Source of the DNA: Vicinamibacteria bacterium
GTDB taxonomy: Bacteria; Acidobacteriota; Vicinamibacteria; Vicinamibacterales; CAVVIG01
Length of the DNA: 64,000 nucleotides
Direction of reading: 5' to 3'
NCBI GenBank assembly: GCA_041485905.1
Contig: JBGPKK010000004.1
Location: 1,525 to 65,524 of the forward strand
This document shows positions 26,875-35,743 of the stretch, in pieces. The translations under genes and the position numbers were made by a program. The stretch's first letter is position 1; every line of letters begins with the position of its first letter. Below the pieces are notes generated by a model. That model was not told the DNA's origin. It worked only from the letters and a program-made list of their open reading frames with translations, and did not search any database.

Positions 26875-27629
26875 AGATCGCCACCTGGAACGTCAACGGG
26901 ATCCGGGCGCGCCACGCGCAGGTCCAGGACTGGATCGAGCGCGAGCGCCCGGATGTCGTCTGCCTGCAGGAAATCAAGGCCGCCTCCGATCACGTGCCGG
27001 CCGCTCTCTGTGAGATGGAGGGCTACTGGTGTTATTGGCACGGCGGCAAGGGCTATTCCGGCGTCGGGCTGCACGTGCGTCAGGACCTCTTGCTCGGCCG
27101 GCCGACCTTCGCGCATCCCGCCTTCGACTACGAGCATCGCATCGTCACCGCCGACCTCGCCACTGACGCCGGCGAGGTGACCGTGGCCTCGATCTATGCG
27201 CCGAACGGCGGCAAGGACTTCCCCGCGAAAATGCGGTTCCTCGACGCGATGGACGGCTACGCCGCGTCGTTCCAGTCCGCCCGTCGCGCCCTCGTGCTGT
27301 GCGGCGATCTGAACGTCGCGCGCACGGATATCGACGTCCACCCGAAGGAGCGGAAGCCGCGGGCGATCGGCCAGCTCCCCGAGGAACGCGCCATCCTCGA
27401 ACGGATCATCGGCCGCGGCCTGGTCGACGTCGGGCGCGCGCTCGACCCCGACAACGACGGACTGTTCACGTGGTGGGCTCCCTGGCGCAACATGCGGCAG
27501 CGCAACATCGGGTGGCGGCTCGACTACGTGCTCGCCAGCACGGCGCTCGCAGAACGCGCCACGGCATGCCCCGTGCAAAAGGACGTGGGCACGAGCGACC
27601 ATGCGCCGGTTGTTGCGACTTTCGTCTAG
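26871..27629 (+). CDS. xth: Exodeoxyribonuclease III
   Basis: LKIATWNVNGIRAR..., CLQEIK, and C-terminal SDHAPV. The homology begins at a CTG codon (26871) that overlaps the ferredoxin stop (CTGA). The nearest in-frame canonical start (GTG) is 67 codons upstream. Confidence 0.8.
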   Translation: MKIATWNVNGIRARHAQVQDWIERERPDVVCLQEIKAASDHVPAALCEMEGYWCYWHGGKGYSGVGLHVRQDLLLGRPTFAHPAFDYEHRIVTADLATDAGEVTVASIYAPNGGKDFPAKMRFLDAMDGYAASFQSARRALVLCGDLNVARTDIDVHPKERKPRAIGQLPEERAILERIIGRGLVDVGRALDPDNDGLFTWWAPWRNMRQRNIGWRLDYVLASTALAERATACPVQKDVGTSDHAPVVATFV

Positions 27630-27650
27630 CCGCGTTCTTACTAAAAACCC

Positions 27651-28862
27651 GTGTCGATCGTAGTACAGAAATACGGTGGCTCCAGCGTCGCTGACGTGGC
27701 GCGCATCCGGCAGGTGGCCGAGCGGGTGATGCTGACCCGGCGAGCCGGTCATGACGTCGTCGTTGTCGTGTCCGCCATGGGCGACACCACCGACGAGCTG
27801 CTCGCGCTCGCCAAGCAGGTATCGCCCAACCCCGACCGCCGCGAGCTCGACATGCTGCTCACCGCCGGCGAGCGCATCTCGATGGCACTGCTGTCGATGG
27901 CCATCCGCGAGCGGGGCGGCGACGCCATCAGTTTTACCGGCAGTCAGTCCGGCATCATCACCAACGATCGCCACGTCGACGCGCGCATCATCGAAGTCCG
28001 TCCGTTCCGCGTACAGGACGAGCTCGCGCGCGGCAAGATCGTCGTCATCGCCGGGTACCAGGGCGTCTCGTACCGCCGCGAGATCACGACGTTGGGCCGC
28101 GGCGGCAGCGATACGACCGCCGTGGCGATGGCGGCGGCCCTCGGCGCGGCATACTGCGAAATCTGCTCGGACGTCGACGGCGTGTACTCCGCCGACCCGC
28201 GCGTCGTGCCGGACGCGCGCCGCATCGGCACGCTCGCGTACGAAGAGACGCAGGAGCTCGCCGAATCCGGCGCGAAAGTGCTGAACGCGCAGGCGGTGGA
28301 ATTCGCCAAAGCCGAGGGGATCGCCATTTACGCGCGCGCCGCCAACTCGCCGCTTCCAGGTCCTGATCCATCCGTCGACGGCACGGTGGTGCGTCGCCAC
28401 GCGCCGCGTGCGCCGGGCACGGTCGTCGGGGTCGCGAGCGAGCGCGACCTGATCGTGCTCGAGATGGAACAGCCTGAAGGGATTCTGGAGTTTCTGGACA
28501 GCGCGCGCGTGACTGGCAAACAGATACATCAGAGCGGCGATGGACGCCTGACGCTCGTGATTTCGCGCGAGAACCTCCACGACGAACCGCGCGTCCGCGC
28601 CGAACTGTCTTCCCGGTTCGGCGACCGCGTGCGGCTTGTCGACGATCTCGGCGCCGTCAGCGTCGTCGGTGCGGGCATCAATCGGTCGTTTGAACACCTC
28701 CGCCGTGGATCGGACGGGCTTGGGTCAGTCCACGCCTTGCCACGAGGCATCGCGACCTCGTCGTTCCGCATCACCTGGCTCATCGACCGCGCCAGGGTCG
28801 ACGATGCCGTGCGCGCGCTCCATCGCACGTTTCTGGAGCAACCCGCGCCGCCCGTTCCGTAA
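27651..28862 (+). CDS. lysC: Aspartate kinase
   Basis: [31 protein letters not shown], and C-terminal ACT domains. Confidence 0.9.
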   Translation: MSIVVQKYGGSSVADVARIRQVAERVMLTRRAGHDVVVVVSAMGDTTDELLALAKQVSPNPDRRELDMLLTAGERISMALLSMAIRERGGDAISFTGSQSGIITNDRHVDARIIEVRPFRVQDELARGKIVVIAGYQGVSYRREITTLGRGGSDTTAVAMAAALGAAYCEICSDVDGVYSADPRVVPDARRIGTLAYEETQELAESGAKVLNAQAVEFAKAEGIAIYARAANSPLPGPDPSVDGTVVRRHAPRAPGTVVGVASERDLIVLEMEQPEGILEFLDSARVTGKQIHQSGDGRLTLVISRENLHDEPRVRAELSSRFGDRVRLVDDLGAVSVVGAGINRSFEHLRRGSDGLGSVHALPRGIATSSFRITWLIDRARVDDAVRALHRTFLEQPAPPVP

Positions 28863-28888
28863 TCTGCAATCTGCAATCTGAAATCTGC
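28861..28888. repeat. Tandem heptamers AATCTGC AATCTGC AATCTGA AATCTGC filling the lysC-pepT spacer
   Basis: Read directly. The first unit shares the AA of the lysC TAA. The array ends 6 nt before the pepT ATG. Confidence 0.8.
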
Positions 28889-28894
28889 CATTAC

Positions 28895-30130
28895 ATGACC
28901 TCTGTCCTCGACCGGTTTCTTCGCTACGCCCGCTACGACACACAATCCGACGAGCGCTCGACAACGTATCCGAGCACGGCAACGCAGCTCGTGCTGTTGC
29001 GTGATCTTGCGAGCGAGCTCCGCGAGCTGGGACTGGCGGATGCCGACGTCGACGCGCACGGTTACGTCATGGCGACGATTCCGGCCACCACTGCCAAGCC
29101 GAACGTGCCGACGATCGGCTTCATCGCCCACGTCGACACCTCTCCAGAAATGAGCGGCGCCGGCGTCAGACCCATCGTCCACCGTCACTACGACGGGCGC
29201 GATCTGATCCTGCCAGACGACCCGTTGATGGTGCTTCGGCTGGCCGATAATCCGCCCCTCGCGGAGCAGATCGGCAACGACATCGTCACGGCTTCCGGCA
29301 CGACGCTCCTCGGCGCCGACAACAAAGCAGGCGTCGCCGAGATCGTCACGGCGGCGGCGTATCTCATCGGGCGCCCCGACGTCGCGCACGGACCGGTACG
29401 CATCGCCTTCACACCGGACGAGGAGGTCGGCCGGGGCACGGCCTATTTCGATGTGAACCGGTTCGGCGCGCGCTGCGCGTACACCATGGACGGGGGCCGC
29501 CGCGGCGAGGTGGAAAGCGAGAGTTTTTCGGCCGACGCGATGACGGTCGCGTTCCACGGTTTCAACACGCATCCCGGCTACGCCAGGGGGCGGATGGTGA
29601 ACGCCATCAAGGTCGCGGCCGATTTCATCAATCATCTCCCAGCCGATCGGCTGTCGCCTGAAACGACCGACGACCATGACGGGTTCGTTCACCCTTACGT
29701 CCTGCAAGCGGGTGTCGAACGGACCTCAGTCAAGCTGCTGATCCGTGATTTCGTGACGGAAGGATTACGCGCCAAAGAAGCGAGCGTCGAAGAGCTCGCG
29801 CGTCAGGCCGTCGCCCGGTTTCCGGGATCGCGAATGGACGTGGCGGTCGAGGAATCGTATCGAAACATGAAGGAGATCCTCGATCGTCATCCAGACGTCG
29901 TGGAGCGCGCCTGCGAAGCCGTGCGCCGTGCCGGTCTCGAGGTGCGGTCTCGGCCCATTCGGGGCGGCACCGACGGCTCGAAGCTGTCCTTTATGGGATT
30001 GCCGACGCCGAATATCTTCGCGGGCGAACACAACTTCCATTCGCGCCTCGAGTGGGTATCGGTGCAGGACATGGAAAAGGCAGTCGAGGTCATCGTGAAC
30101 CTGTGTCGGATCTGGGAAGAGGCCTCGTGA
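28895..30130 (+). CDS. pepT: Peptidase T (tripeptide aminopeptidase, M20B)
   Basis: MTSVLDRFLRYARYDTQSD, IAHVDTSP, GADNKAGVAEI, TPDEEVGRG. Confidence 0.9.
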   Translation: MTSVLDRFLRYARYDTQSDERSTTYPSTATQLVLLRDLASELRELGLADADVDAHGYVMATIPATTAKPNVPTIGFIAHVDTSPEMSGAGVRPIVHRHYDGRDLILPDDPLMVLRLADNPPLAEQIGNDIVTASGTTLLGADNKAGVAEIVTAAAYLIGRPDVAHGPVRIAFTPDEEVGRGTAYFDVNRFGARCAYTMDGGRRGEVESESFSADAMTVAFHGFNTHPGYARGRMVNAIKVAADFINHLPADRLSPETTDDHDGFVHPYVLQAGVERTSVKLLIRDFVTEGLRAKEASVEELARQAVARFPGSRMDVAVEESYRNMKEILDRHPDVVERACEAVRRAGLEVRSRPIRGGTDGSKLSFMGLPTPNIFAGEHNFHSRLEWVSVQDMEKAVEVIVNLCRIWEEAS

Positions 30131-30237
30131 TCGCCTCCCTGACGGTTTCACGGATTGTTTACGATTTCCCTAGGAACTAACCCAAGAAGACGTCGTCCAT
30201 ATACAATGAAGCTGCAGTTCCCTCTCGCCTCCTCACG

Positions 30238-32403
30238 ATGCAATATGTGACCGTCCGGCTACGGACCTTCGTCTTTGTTTGCACGCTTGTCGGCGTGTGC
30301 GCACCGCCTGCGCGGGCCGCCACCATCGTCGCATCGCACGAGGACGCCTTCATCGCGCACGATTCGGGGCGCGACGTCTGGTCCATCGGCAGCCGTGAGC
30401 TCGAGCTCGTCGTCGGCTTCGACCCGTCGGGCACCCTGACGCTGCAACGGCTGTGGAATCCCCTGACCGGTCGGTCCCTGGACATCACCCCGGACGCGGA
30501 CGTCAGCGTCACGGCCGGCGGCACACGCTTTCTGCTGTCCACCAGAAACAACGGCCTGACGCTGCTGGGCGTCGACGCGGAGGAGACCGACAACGGCGTT
30601 CGTCTGGTTTTCACGTTCGAACATCGCGGACTGCGGTTGCGCATCTCGCGCGCGTACGCCTGCTATCCCGGCTCGCCCACCATCGAAACCTGGACGCGCA
30701 TCAGCGGCAGTGACGCGGTCACCGACGTGCCATTGAGCGGCATGATCGGCTGGCAAGTCACGATGCCGGCGGCCAACGTCACATGGCTCGGCGGACTGCG
30801 CAGCCACACCCACGAGGGCGAGCTCGAGCCATTCGAGATCGCCCAACGCGATCTCGATCCAGGCGAGCACTGGGAGATCGGCGCGACCGGACGCTCGACC
30901 GAAGAGTACATTCCGTTGGTGGTGGTCGACGACGGACAGGAGGCGTTCTACGGCGGCATCATGTGGTCGGGCGCCTGGAAGATTGTGTGCGAACGGACGG
31001 GGGATCGGCTGCGAATGACCGCCCTCATTCCGGATTCACCCGCGGTCGGTCCCGTGCGACCGATCGAGGTCCCGCACACGTTCTTTGGCTTCACCTCGCA
31101 TGCGCGCGCCAGTCAGTCGGCCGCGCTGTGGCAGTTCATCGTGCGCGGCATTCGGCACGGCCGCTCGTTCACGCCGCTGGTGACATACAACACGTGGTTT
31201 GCCTACGGCACGACGATTACCGAAGATGCGCTCGTTGACGAAATCGATCGCGCTTCCGCGCTCGGCGTCGAGCTGTTCGTCGTCGACGCAGGCTGGTATG
31301 TCGGCGCCGGGGCCAACGGCAATTCCGATTTCGGATCCGGCCTCGGAAATCTGACGGCCGATCCCGACCGCTTCCCGACCGGGCTGGCCTCACTGGCCGA
31401 CTACACGCATAACGCCGGCATGAAGTTCGGTCTCTGGGTCGAGCCGGAGCGAGTGGCGTTGGAGATGCTGGACCAGCTGTCTGGCATCCGTGAGAGCTGG
31501 CTGGCCACCCACGACGGCTCGTACGGCTCGAACAGTGTGGCGCAGGTGTGTCTGGCGGGCCCGCAGGCGCGCAAGTGGCTCCTCGATCGGCTGACGCGCC
31601 TCATCGAGTCCGTTCGACCCGACTACCTGAAGTGGGACAACAACGGCTGGATTAACTGCAATCGGTCCGGACACGGTCACGGCGCCGACGATGGAAACTT
31701 CGCTCATGTCGATGCGCTGTACGGATTGCTGAGCGAGTTACACAGCCGCTTTCCGGATCTGCTGATTGAAAACGTCTCAGGCGGCGGCAACCGGCTGGAC
31801 TTCGGAATGCTCGGCTTGACCGACGTCGCGTGGATGGACGATCGCACGCAGCCCTCGGCGCACGTCCGTCACAATCTCGAGGGACTCACGTTCGCGTTGC
31901 CACCGGCGTACCTTCTGTCGTTCGTCATCGCGGGCGGCGGCGAAGAGATCGACATGGGCAACGATCTCGCGAACATCGTACGCAGCCGCATGCCCGGCGT
32001 GCTCGGCATGACGTTTCGCACGGCGAACCTCAACGAGGAGACGACGCAATACCTCGCCGGAGAAATTCAACGCTACAAAACGTACCGCGACATTGTTGCG
32101 CGCGCCGGTGGAACCCTTCTGAGCGGTCAGGCGCCGCGCGCGGACGGGTCGTGGGACGTCATCGAGGAAGTCGCCGACGACAGGCTGAGCGCTGTGCTCT
32201 TTGCATTCAAGAACGACCCGAGCGAGGGCCGCCTGATCGTGCACCTGCAGGGGCTTCGCAGCGATCTGACCTATGAAGTCCGCTCCGCCGATGTCGGCGT
32301 GATCGGAAGCGCCGGGGGCGACGTCCTCATGCAGGATGGGATCGAGCTCGTGCACGGCGACGGATCGCTCGCGCACGTGCTCGTGCTGACAGCCCAGCCG
32401 TAG
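30238..32403 (+). CDS. GH36-like alpha-galactosidase, secreted
   Basis: Signal peptide; FVVDAGWY, KFGLWVEPE, YLKWDNN, ENVSGGGNRLD motifs. Confidence 0.75.
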   Translation: MQYVTVRLRTFVFVCTLVGVCAPPARAATIVASHEDAFIAHDSGRDVWSIGSRELELVVGFDPSGTLTLQRLWNPLTGRSLDITPDADVSVTAGGTRFLLSTRNNGLTLLGVDAEETDNGVRLVFTFEHRGLRLRISRAYACYPGSPTIETWTRISGSDAVTDVPLSGMIGWQVTMPAANVTWLGGLRSHTHEGELEPFEIAQRDLDPGEHWEIGATGRSTEEYIPLVVVDDGQEAFYGGIMWSGAWKIVCERTGDRLRMTALIPDSPAVGPVRPIEVPHTFFGFTSHARASQSAALWQFIVRGIRHGRSFTPLVTYNTWFAYGTTITEDALVDEIDRASALGVELFVVDAGWYVGAGANGNSDFGSGLGNLTADPDRFPTGLASLADYTHNAGMKFGLWVEPERVALEMLDQLSGIRESWLATHDGSYGSNSVAQVCLAGPQARKWLLDRLTRLIESVRPDYLKWDNNGWINCNRSGHGHGADDGNFAHVDALYGLLSELHSRFPDLLIENVSGGGNRLDFGMLGLTDVAWMDDRTQPSAHVRHNLEGLTFALPPAYLLSFVIAGGGEEIDMGNDLANIVRSRMPGVLGMTFRTANLNEETTQYLAGEIQRYKTYRDIVARAGGTLLSGQAPRADGSWDVIEEVADDRLSAVLFAFKNDPSEGRLIVHLQGLRSDLTYEVRSADVGVIGSAGGDVLMQDGIELVHGDGSLAHVLVLTAQP

Positions 32404-32470
32404 ATCTATCTTGTTTGCGTCTGCCATCGCTCGGGCGATCGGTGAAGACGCACGAGATCAGGTATTCTTG

Positions 32471-33169
32471 ATGCACCCAATGAGCGAACCTGAACCGGCT
32501 CTCCTCCCACTCGATCCGCCCGCAGCAGAAGCAGTGGCAATGGACAGCGAGGCGTCAGCGACGCCATCGGTCGAGCCCACGTTCGACGCGGCGTCGATTC
32601 CTCCGCCGGCTCACGCGTTCGAATCGCCGGCGCCGCCTCGGCTGGACCGCTGGGCTCGCGCCGGCCGGGATCTGATGTCCGGCTTTCAAACGCTGGTGTC
32701 GGCCGCGGTGTACGCCACGCTCATCGTGACGTTCGGCTTCCAGGTGGCGCGCGTCGACGGCCTCAGCATGGCGCCGACGCTCGAGGATCACGATCGGCTC
32801 ATCGTCAACAAACTGGTGTACGAGCTGGGCGATCCGCGCTCCGGCGACATCGTAATGCTCTACTACCCGGTCAATCCCGAGAAGATGTTCGTCAAGCGGG
32901 TGATCGCCAGAGAAAACGACACGGTCCGCATCGTGGACGGCCGCGTCTATGTGAACGATCAGCCGCTGCGCGACGATTACGTGCCCGCCGAATTCCGCAG
33001 CCACGACGACTACGGCCCGGAAGTCGTCAAGCAGGGCTATTACTTCGTGATGGGCGACCACCGGAACAACAGCTCGGATAGCCGGCATTGGGGTCCGGTC
33101 CCGAAGAAATACATCGTCGGCAAGGTCAAGGTCCGCTGGTGGCCGATTCAGGACGCACGGTTCTTCTAG
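32471..33169 (+). CDS. lepB: Signal peptidase I
   Basis: GLSMAPT (catalytic Ser), VKRVIA (catalytic Lys), GDHRNNSSDSR. ATG at 32471 is preferred over TTG at 32411; the start remains uncertain. Confidence 0.85.
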   Translation: MHPMSEPEPALLPLDPPAAEAVAMDSEASATPSVEPTFDAASIPPPAHAFESPAPPRLDRWARAGRDLMSGFQTLVSAAVYATLIVTFGFQVARVDGLSMAPTLEDHDRLIVNKLVYELGDPRSGDIVMLYYPVNPEKMFVKRVIARENDTVRIVDGRVYVNDQPLRDDYVPAEFRSHDDYGPEVVKQGYYFVMGDHRNNSSDSRHWGPVPKKYIVGKVKVRWWPIQDARFF

Positions 33170-33210
33170 CTGACAGCTGAGATCCCTCTTTTGTGCTCTA
33201 CTGAAGCGCT

Positions 33211-34014
33211 GTGTCCGGACCCTGTACCGTTCTCATAGCCGCGGCCGATCTCCTCCCCACGCTGAAGCAGCGATTCCTCGACGCCGACAGCGAGCTGCTC
33301 GCCTTCGCCGATACCGAGGCGCTCAAGGCGCTCGACGCGATCAGCCGCCGCCGCCCGAGCGTGGTGACGCTCGAACGGGCGTTTGCGGCAACGCCGCGGG
33401 GCGCCGCGCTCATCAACCGCATCAAGGCCGATCCGACGCTGACGGGATCGGAAATCCGCGTCGTCTCGCACGACACCGACGACACGGACGTGGTCTCGCC
33501 GGCCACAACACCGAGCGATCACGCCGCCGGTCCCGCCTCGGCTGGACCAGCGGCACCGGCTGCGGTGGCTCCACCGGCGGCACCCGCGCCGGGCGGACCA
33601 ACCTCCGCCGCCGTGGCGGCACCGGCGCCTGCGGCCGTGGCCGCGCCGGCGCCCTCGGTCGTTGCCACGCCGGCCGCGCCGGGTGCCGCACCGCTCGATC
33701 AGCGCGGCACCCGCCGCGCGCCGCGTTTCAAGCTGGTGGGGAATGTGGAGGTGGTCGCTGACGGCAATGCCGCCACGCTCATCGATCTCTCGACCGTCGG
33801 GGCGCAGATCATGTCGGCGTATGTCCTGAAGCCGAACCAGAAGCTTCGCATGACCATCGCCGACGAGCAGGCGACGATCCGCGTCAGCGCCGTCGTGGCC
33901 TGGGCCTTATTCGAGATCCCGCCCGAGAGCGGGCCGCGCTATCGCGCGGGGATTGAATTCATTGATGCGAAGGCGGCGGAGGTGGACGCGTTCCGCGTCC
34001 GTCACCAGGCGTGA
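33211..34014 (+). CDS. PilZ domain protein with N-terminal receiver-like domain and Ala/Pro-rich linker
   Basis: RGTRRAPRF ... LIDLSTVGAQI matches the RxxxR / DxSxxG c-di-GMP motifs. The central segment is a PAAPAAVAPPAAPAPGGP low-complexity linker. Confidence 0.7.
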   Translation: MSGPCTVLIAAADLLPTLKQRFLDADSELLAFADTEALKALDAISRRRPSVVTLERAFAATPRGAALINRIKADPTLTGSEIRVVSHDTDDTDVVSPATTPSDHAAGPASAGPAAPAAVAPPAAPAPGGPTSAAVAAPAPAAVAAPAPSVVATPAAPGAAPLDQRGTRRAPRFKLVGNVEVVADGNAATLIDLSTVGAQIMSAYVLKPNQKLRMTIADEQATIRVSAVVAWALFEIPPESGPRYRAGIEFIDAKAAEVDAFRVRHQA

Positions 34015-35294
34015 GTCAATTCCGGCGTGATGTCTTTCCGGATGATCGTATCGTCGCGCTCGGAACCGGTCGAAATGATCGCGGCAGGGACGCCCGACAC
34101 TTCTTCGAGTCGCGACACGTACCGGCGCGCCGCTTCGGGCAGCTCGGCGTAGCGGCGCAGTCCGCGCGTCGGCGCCAACCAGCCAGGCATCGTCTCGTAG
34201 ACCGGCTCGCAGGCGGCGAGCCGTGTGATGTCCGAGGGAAAGTCCGCTAACGTCTGGCCCTCGCATCGGTACGCGGTGCAGATCTCGATCTGATCGAGCC
34301 CGTCGAGCACGTCCAGCTTCGTCAGCGCCAGCGCGTCGAGGCCGTTGATCCGGACGCTGTAACGAATGGCGACCGCGTCGTACCACCCGCAGCGTCGCGG
34401 CCGGCCGGTGACCGCGCCGTACTCATGGCCGCTCTCGCGCAGCCGGTGGCCCATCTCCCCGGACAACTCGGTCGGCAGCGGCCCTTCGCCGACGCGCGTT
34501 GTGTACGCCTTGGCGACCCCGAGGACGCCGCCGATCGTGCGCGGACCCACGCCAAGACCGGTGCACACGCCGCCGATGGACGCGTTGGACGAGGTGACGT
34601 ACGGATAGGTGCCGTGATCGATGTCCAGCAGCGTTCCCTGCGCGCCCTCGAACAGAATCGATTTGCCGGCCCGCATCGCGTCGCTGAGCATCAGCGAGAC
34701 GTCACGCACCCACGGCCGGATGCGCGCGCCGTCGGTGAGCAACTGATCCAGGACCGGCCGCCAGTCCATGGTCGTGTCCTGCACAAGACGATTGCGCGCG
34801 GTCACGTTGTCGCGAACGTCGTGCTCGAGCGCCTGCGGATCGGCGAGGTCGCCCGCCCGGATGCCGCGCCTGGCAATCTTGTCCTCGTAGGCCGGACCGA
34901 TGCCGCGCGAGGTCGTGCCGATCTTGCGCTCCCCGCGGCGCGCTTCTGACAGTAGATCGAGATCCCTGTGGTACGGAAGGATGAGGTGCGCTTTGTCGCT
35001 GAGGACGATCCGGTTGTCGACGTCGATTCCGTGCTTCGTCAGCGCGTCCACCTCGGCCAGCAGCGCCTGGGGGTCGACGACAACGCCGTTGCCGATCACG
35101 CAGATGATGCCGGGATGGAGAATGCCGGACGGAATCAGGCGCAGGATGAATTTGGTGCCGCCCACGTAAACCGTATGGCCGGCGTTGTGACCGCCTTGAT
35201 AACGCGCGACGATGTCGAAATGTGGCGTCAGCAGATCGACGATCTTGCCTTTGCCTTCGTCGCCCCACTGGGCACCTAGCACCGCCACATTCAT
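34002..35294 (-). CDS. purA: Adenylosuccinate synthetase
   Basis: MNVAVLGAQWGDEGKGKIVD, GGHNAGHT. Full-length homology pattern. Confidence 0.95.
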   Translation of the reverse strand: MNVAVLGAQWGDEGKGKIVDLLTPHFDIVARYQGGHNAGHTVYVGGTKFILRLIPSGILHPGIICVIGNGVVVDPQALLAEVDALTKHGIDVDNRIVLSDKAHLILPYHRDLDLLSEARRGERKIGTTSRGIGPAYEDKIARRGIRAGDLADPQALEHDVRDNVTARNRLVQDTTMDWRPVLDQLLTDGARIRPWVRDVSLMLSDAMRAGKSILFEGAQGTLLDIDHGTYPYVTSSNASIGGVCTGLGVGPRTIGGVLGVAKAYTTRVGEGPLPTELSGEMGHRLRESGHEYGAVTGRPRRCGWYDAVAIRYSVRINGLDALALTKLDVLDGLDQIEICTAYRCEGQTLADFPSDITRLAACEPVYETMPGWLAPTRGLRRYAELPEAARRYVSRLEEVSGVPAAIISTGSERDDTIIRKDITPELTHAW

Positions 35295-35342
35295 AAGGAC
35301 CAAGATTCTACCTGACTATCGACGATGGACTGATCACTGTCG

Positions 35343-35657
35343 TCAGTCGACTGACGACCTCTGGTCTTGCTCGACCGTTTTTCGCTGACACTCGATCAGT
35401 TGCTGGCCCGCGTGGCCCGTGGATCGGTCGGCGCCAGCAGCGACCTTGCGCCGCTGGCCCACCTCGCGCTCGTGCTGGTCGGCGAAGGCGAAGTATTCGC
35501 TCCGTGCCGGGCACGCGATCGTGCGATCGCTGGTGCCGACACGCGACGAAGACCGTCCACGTCCGACGATATTGTCGCGATCACGGAATTGATCGAGACC
35601 GGCGAGTTGGAAGACGCGTGCGGCGCGCGAGTCAAGTGAAAAATTTTTCATTTTCAA
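35343..35657 (-). CDS. Hypothetical small ORF; coding status doubtful
   Basis: The ORF is open, but the + strand frame (35367..35639) is equally open. Hand-counted third-position GC is only about 70 percent in both. There are no recognisable motifs. The start is TTG. Confidence 0.25.
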   Translation of the reverse strand: MKMKNFSLDSRAARVFQLAGLDQFRDRDNIVGRGRSSSRVGTSDRTIACPARSEYFAFADQHEREVGQRRKVAAGADRSTGHAGQQLIECQRKTVEQDQRSSVD

Positions 35658-35658
35658 A

Positions 35659-35687
35659 TTGACAAGCCGCGCGGCGCTTCTTAAGGT
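35659..35687 (+). promoter_or_regulatory. Sigma-70-like promoter: TTGACA, 17-nt spacer, TAAGGT
   Basis: Read directly. It lies about 55 nt upstream of the ATG at 35744, which has a GAGGA SD. Confidence 0.4.
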
Positions 35688-35743
35688 CTACTCTTTCGCC
35701 GATGTAGTCCCACGTTCGCGTACTTCCAACGTTTGAGGAACGC

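Noticed and set aside
27630-27650. Lysine riboswitch before lysC, SAM riboswitch before the Cys/Met PLP enzyme (40172..40197), cobalamin riboswitch before the radical SAM gene (2214..2419)
   Set aside because: The spacers before lysC and the PLP enzyme are 21 nt and 26 nt, too short for any riboswitch. The 206-nt region before the radical SAM gene shows no B12-box-like sequence that I can recognise.
26748-28697. 649-aa minus-strand ORF
   Set aside because: It is antisense to xth and lysC, which are unambiguous. It has no motifs and an Arg/Asp/Gly-rich composition.
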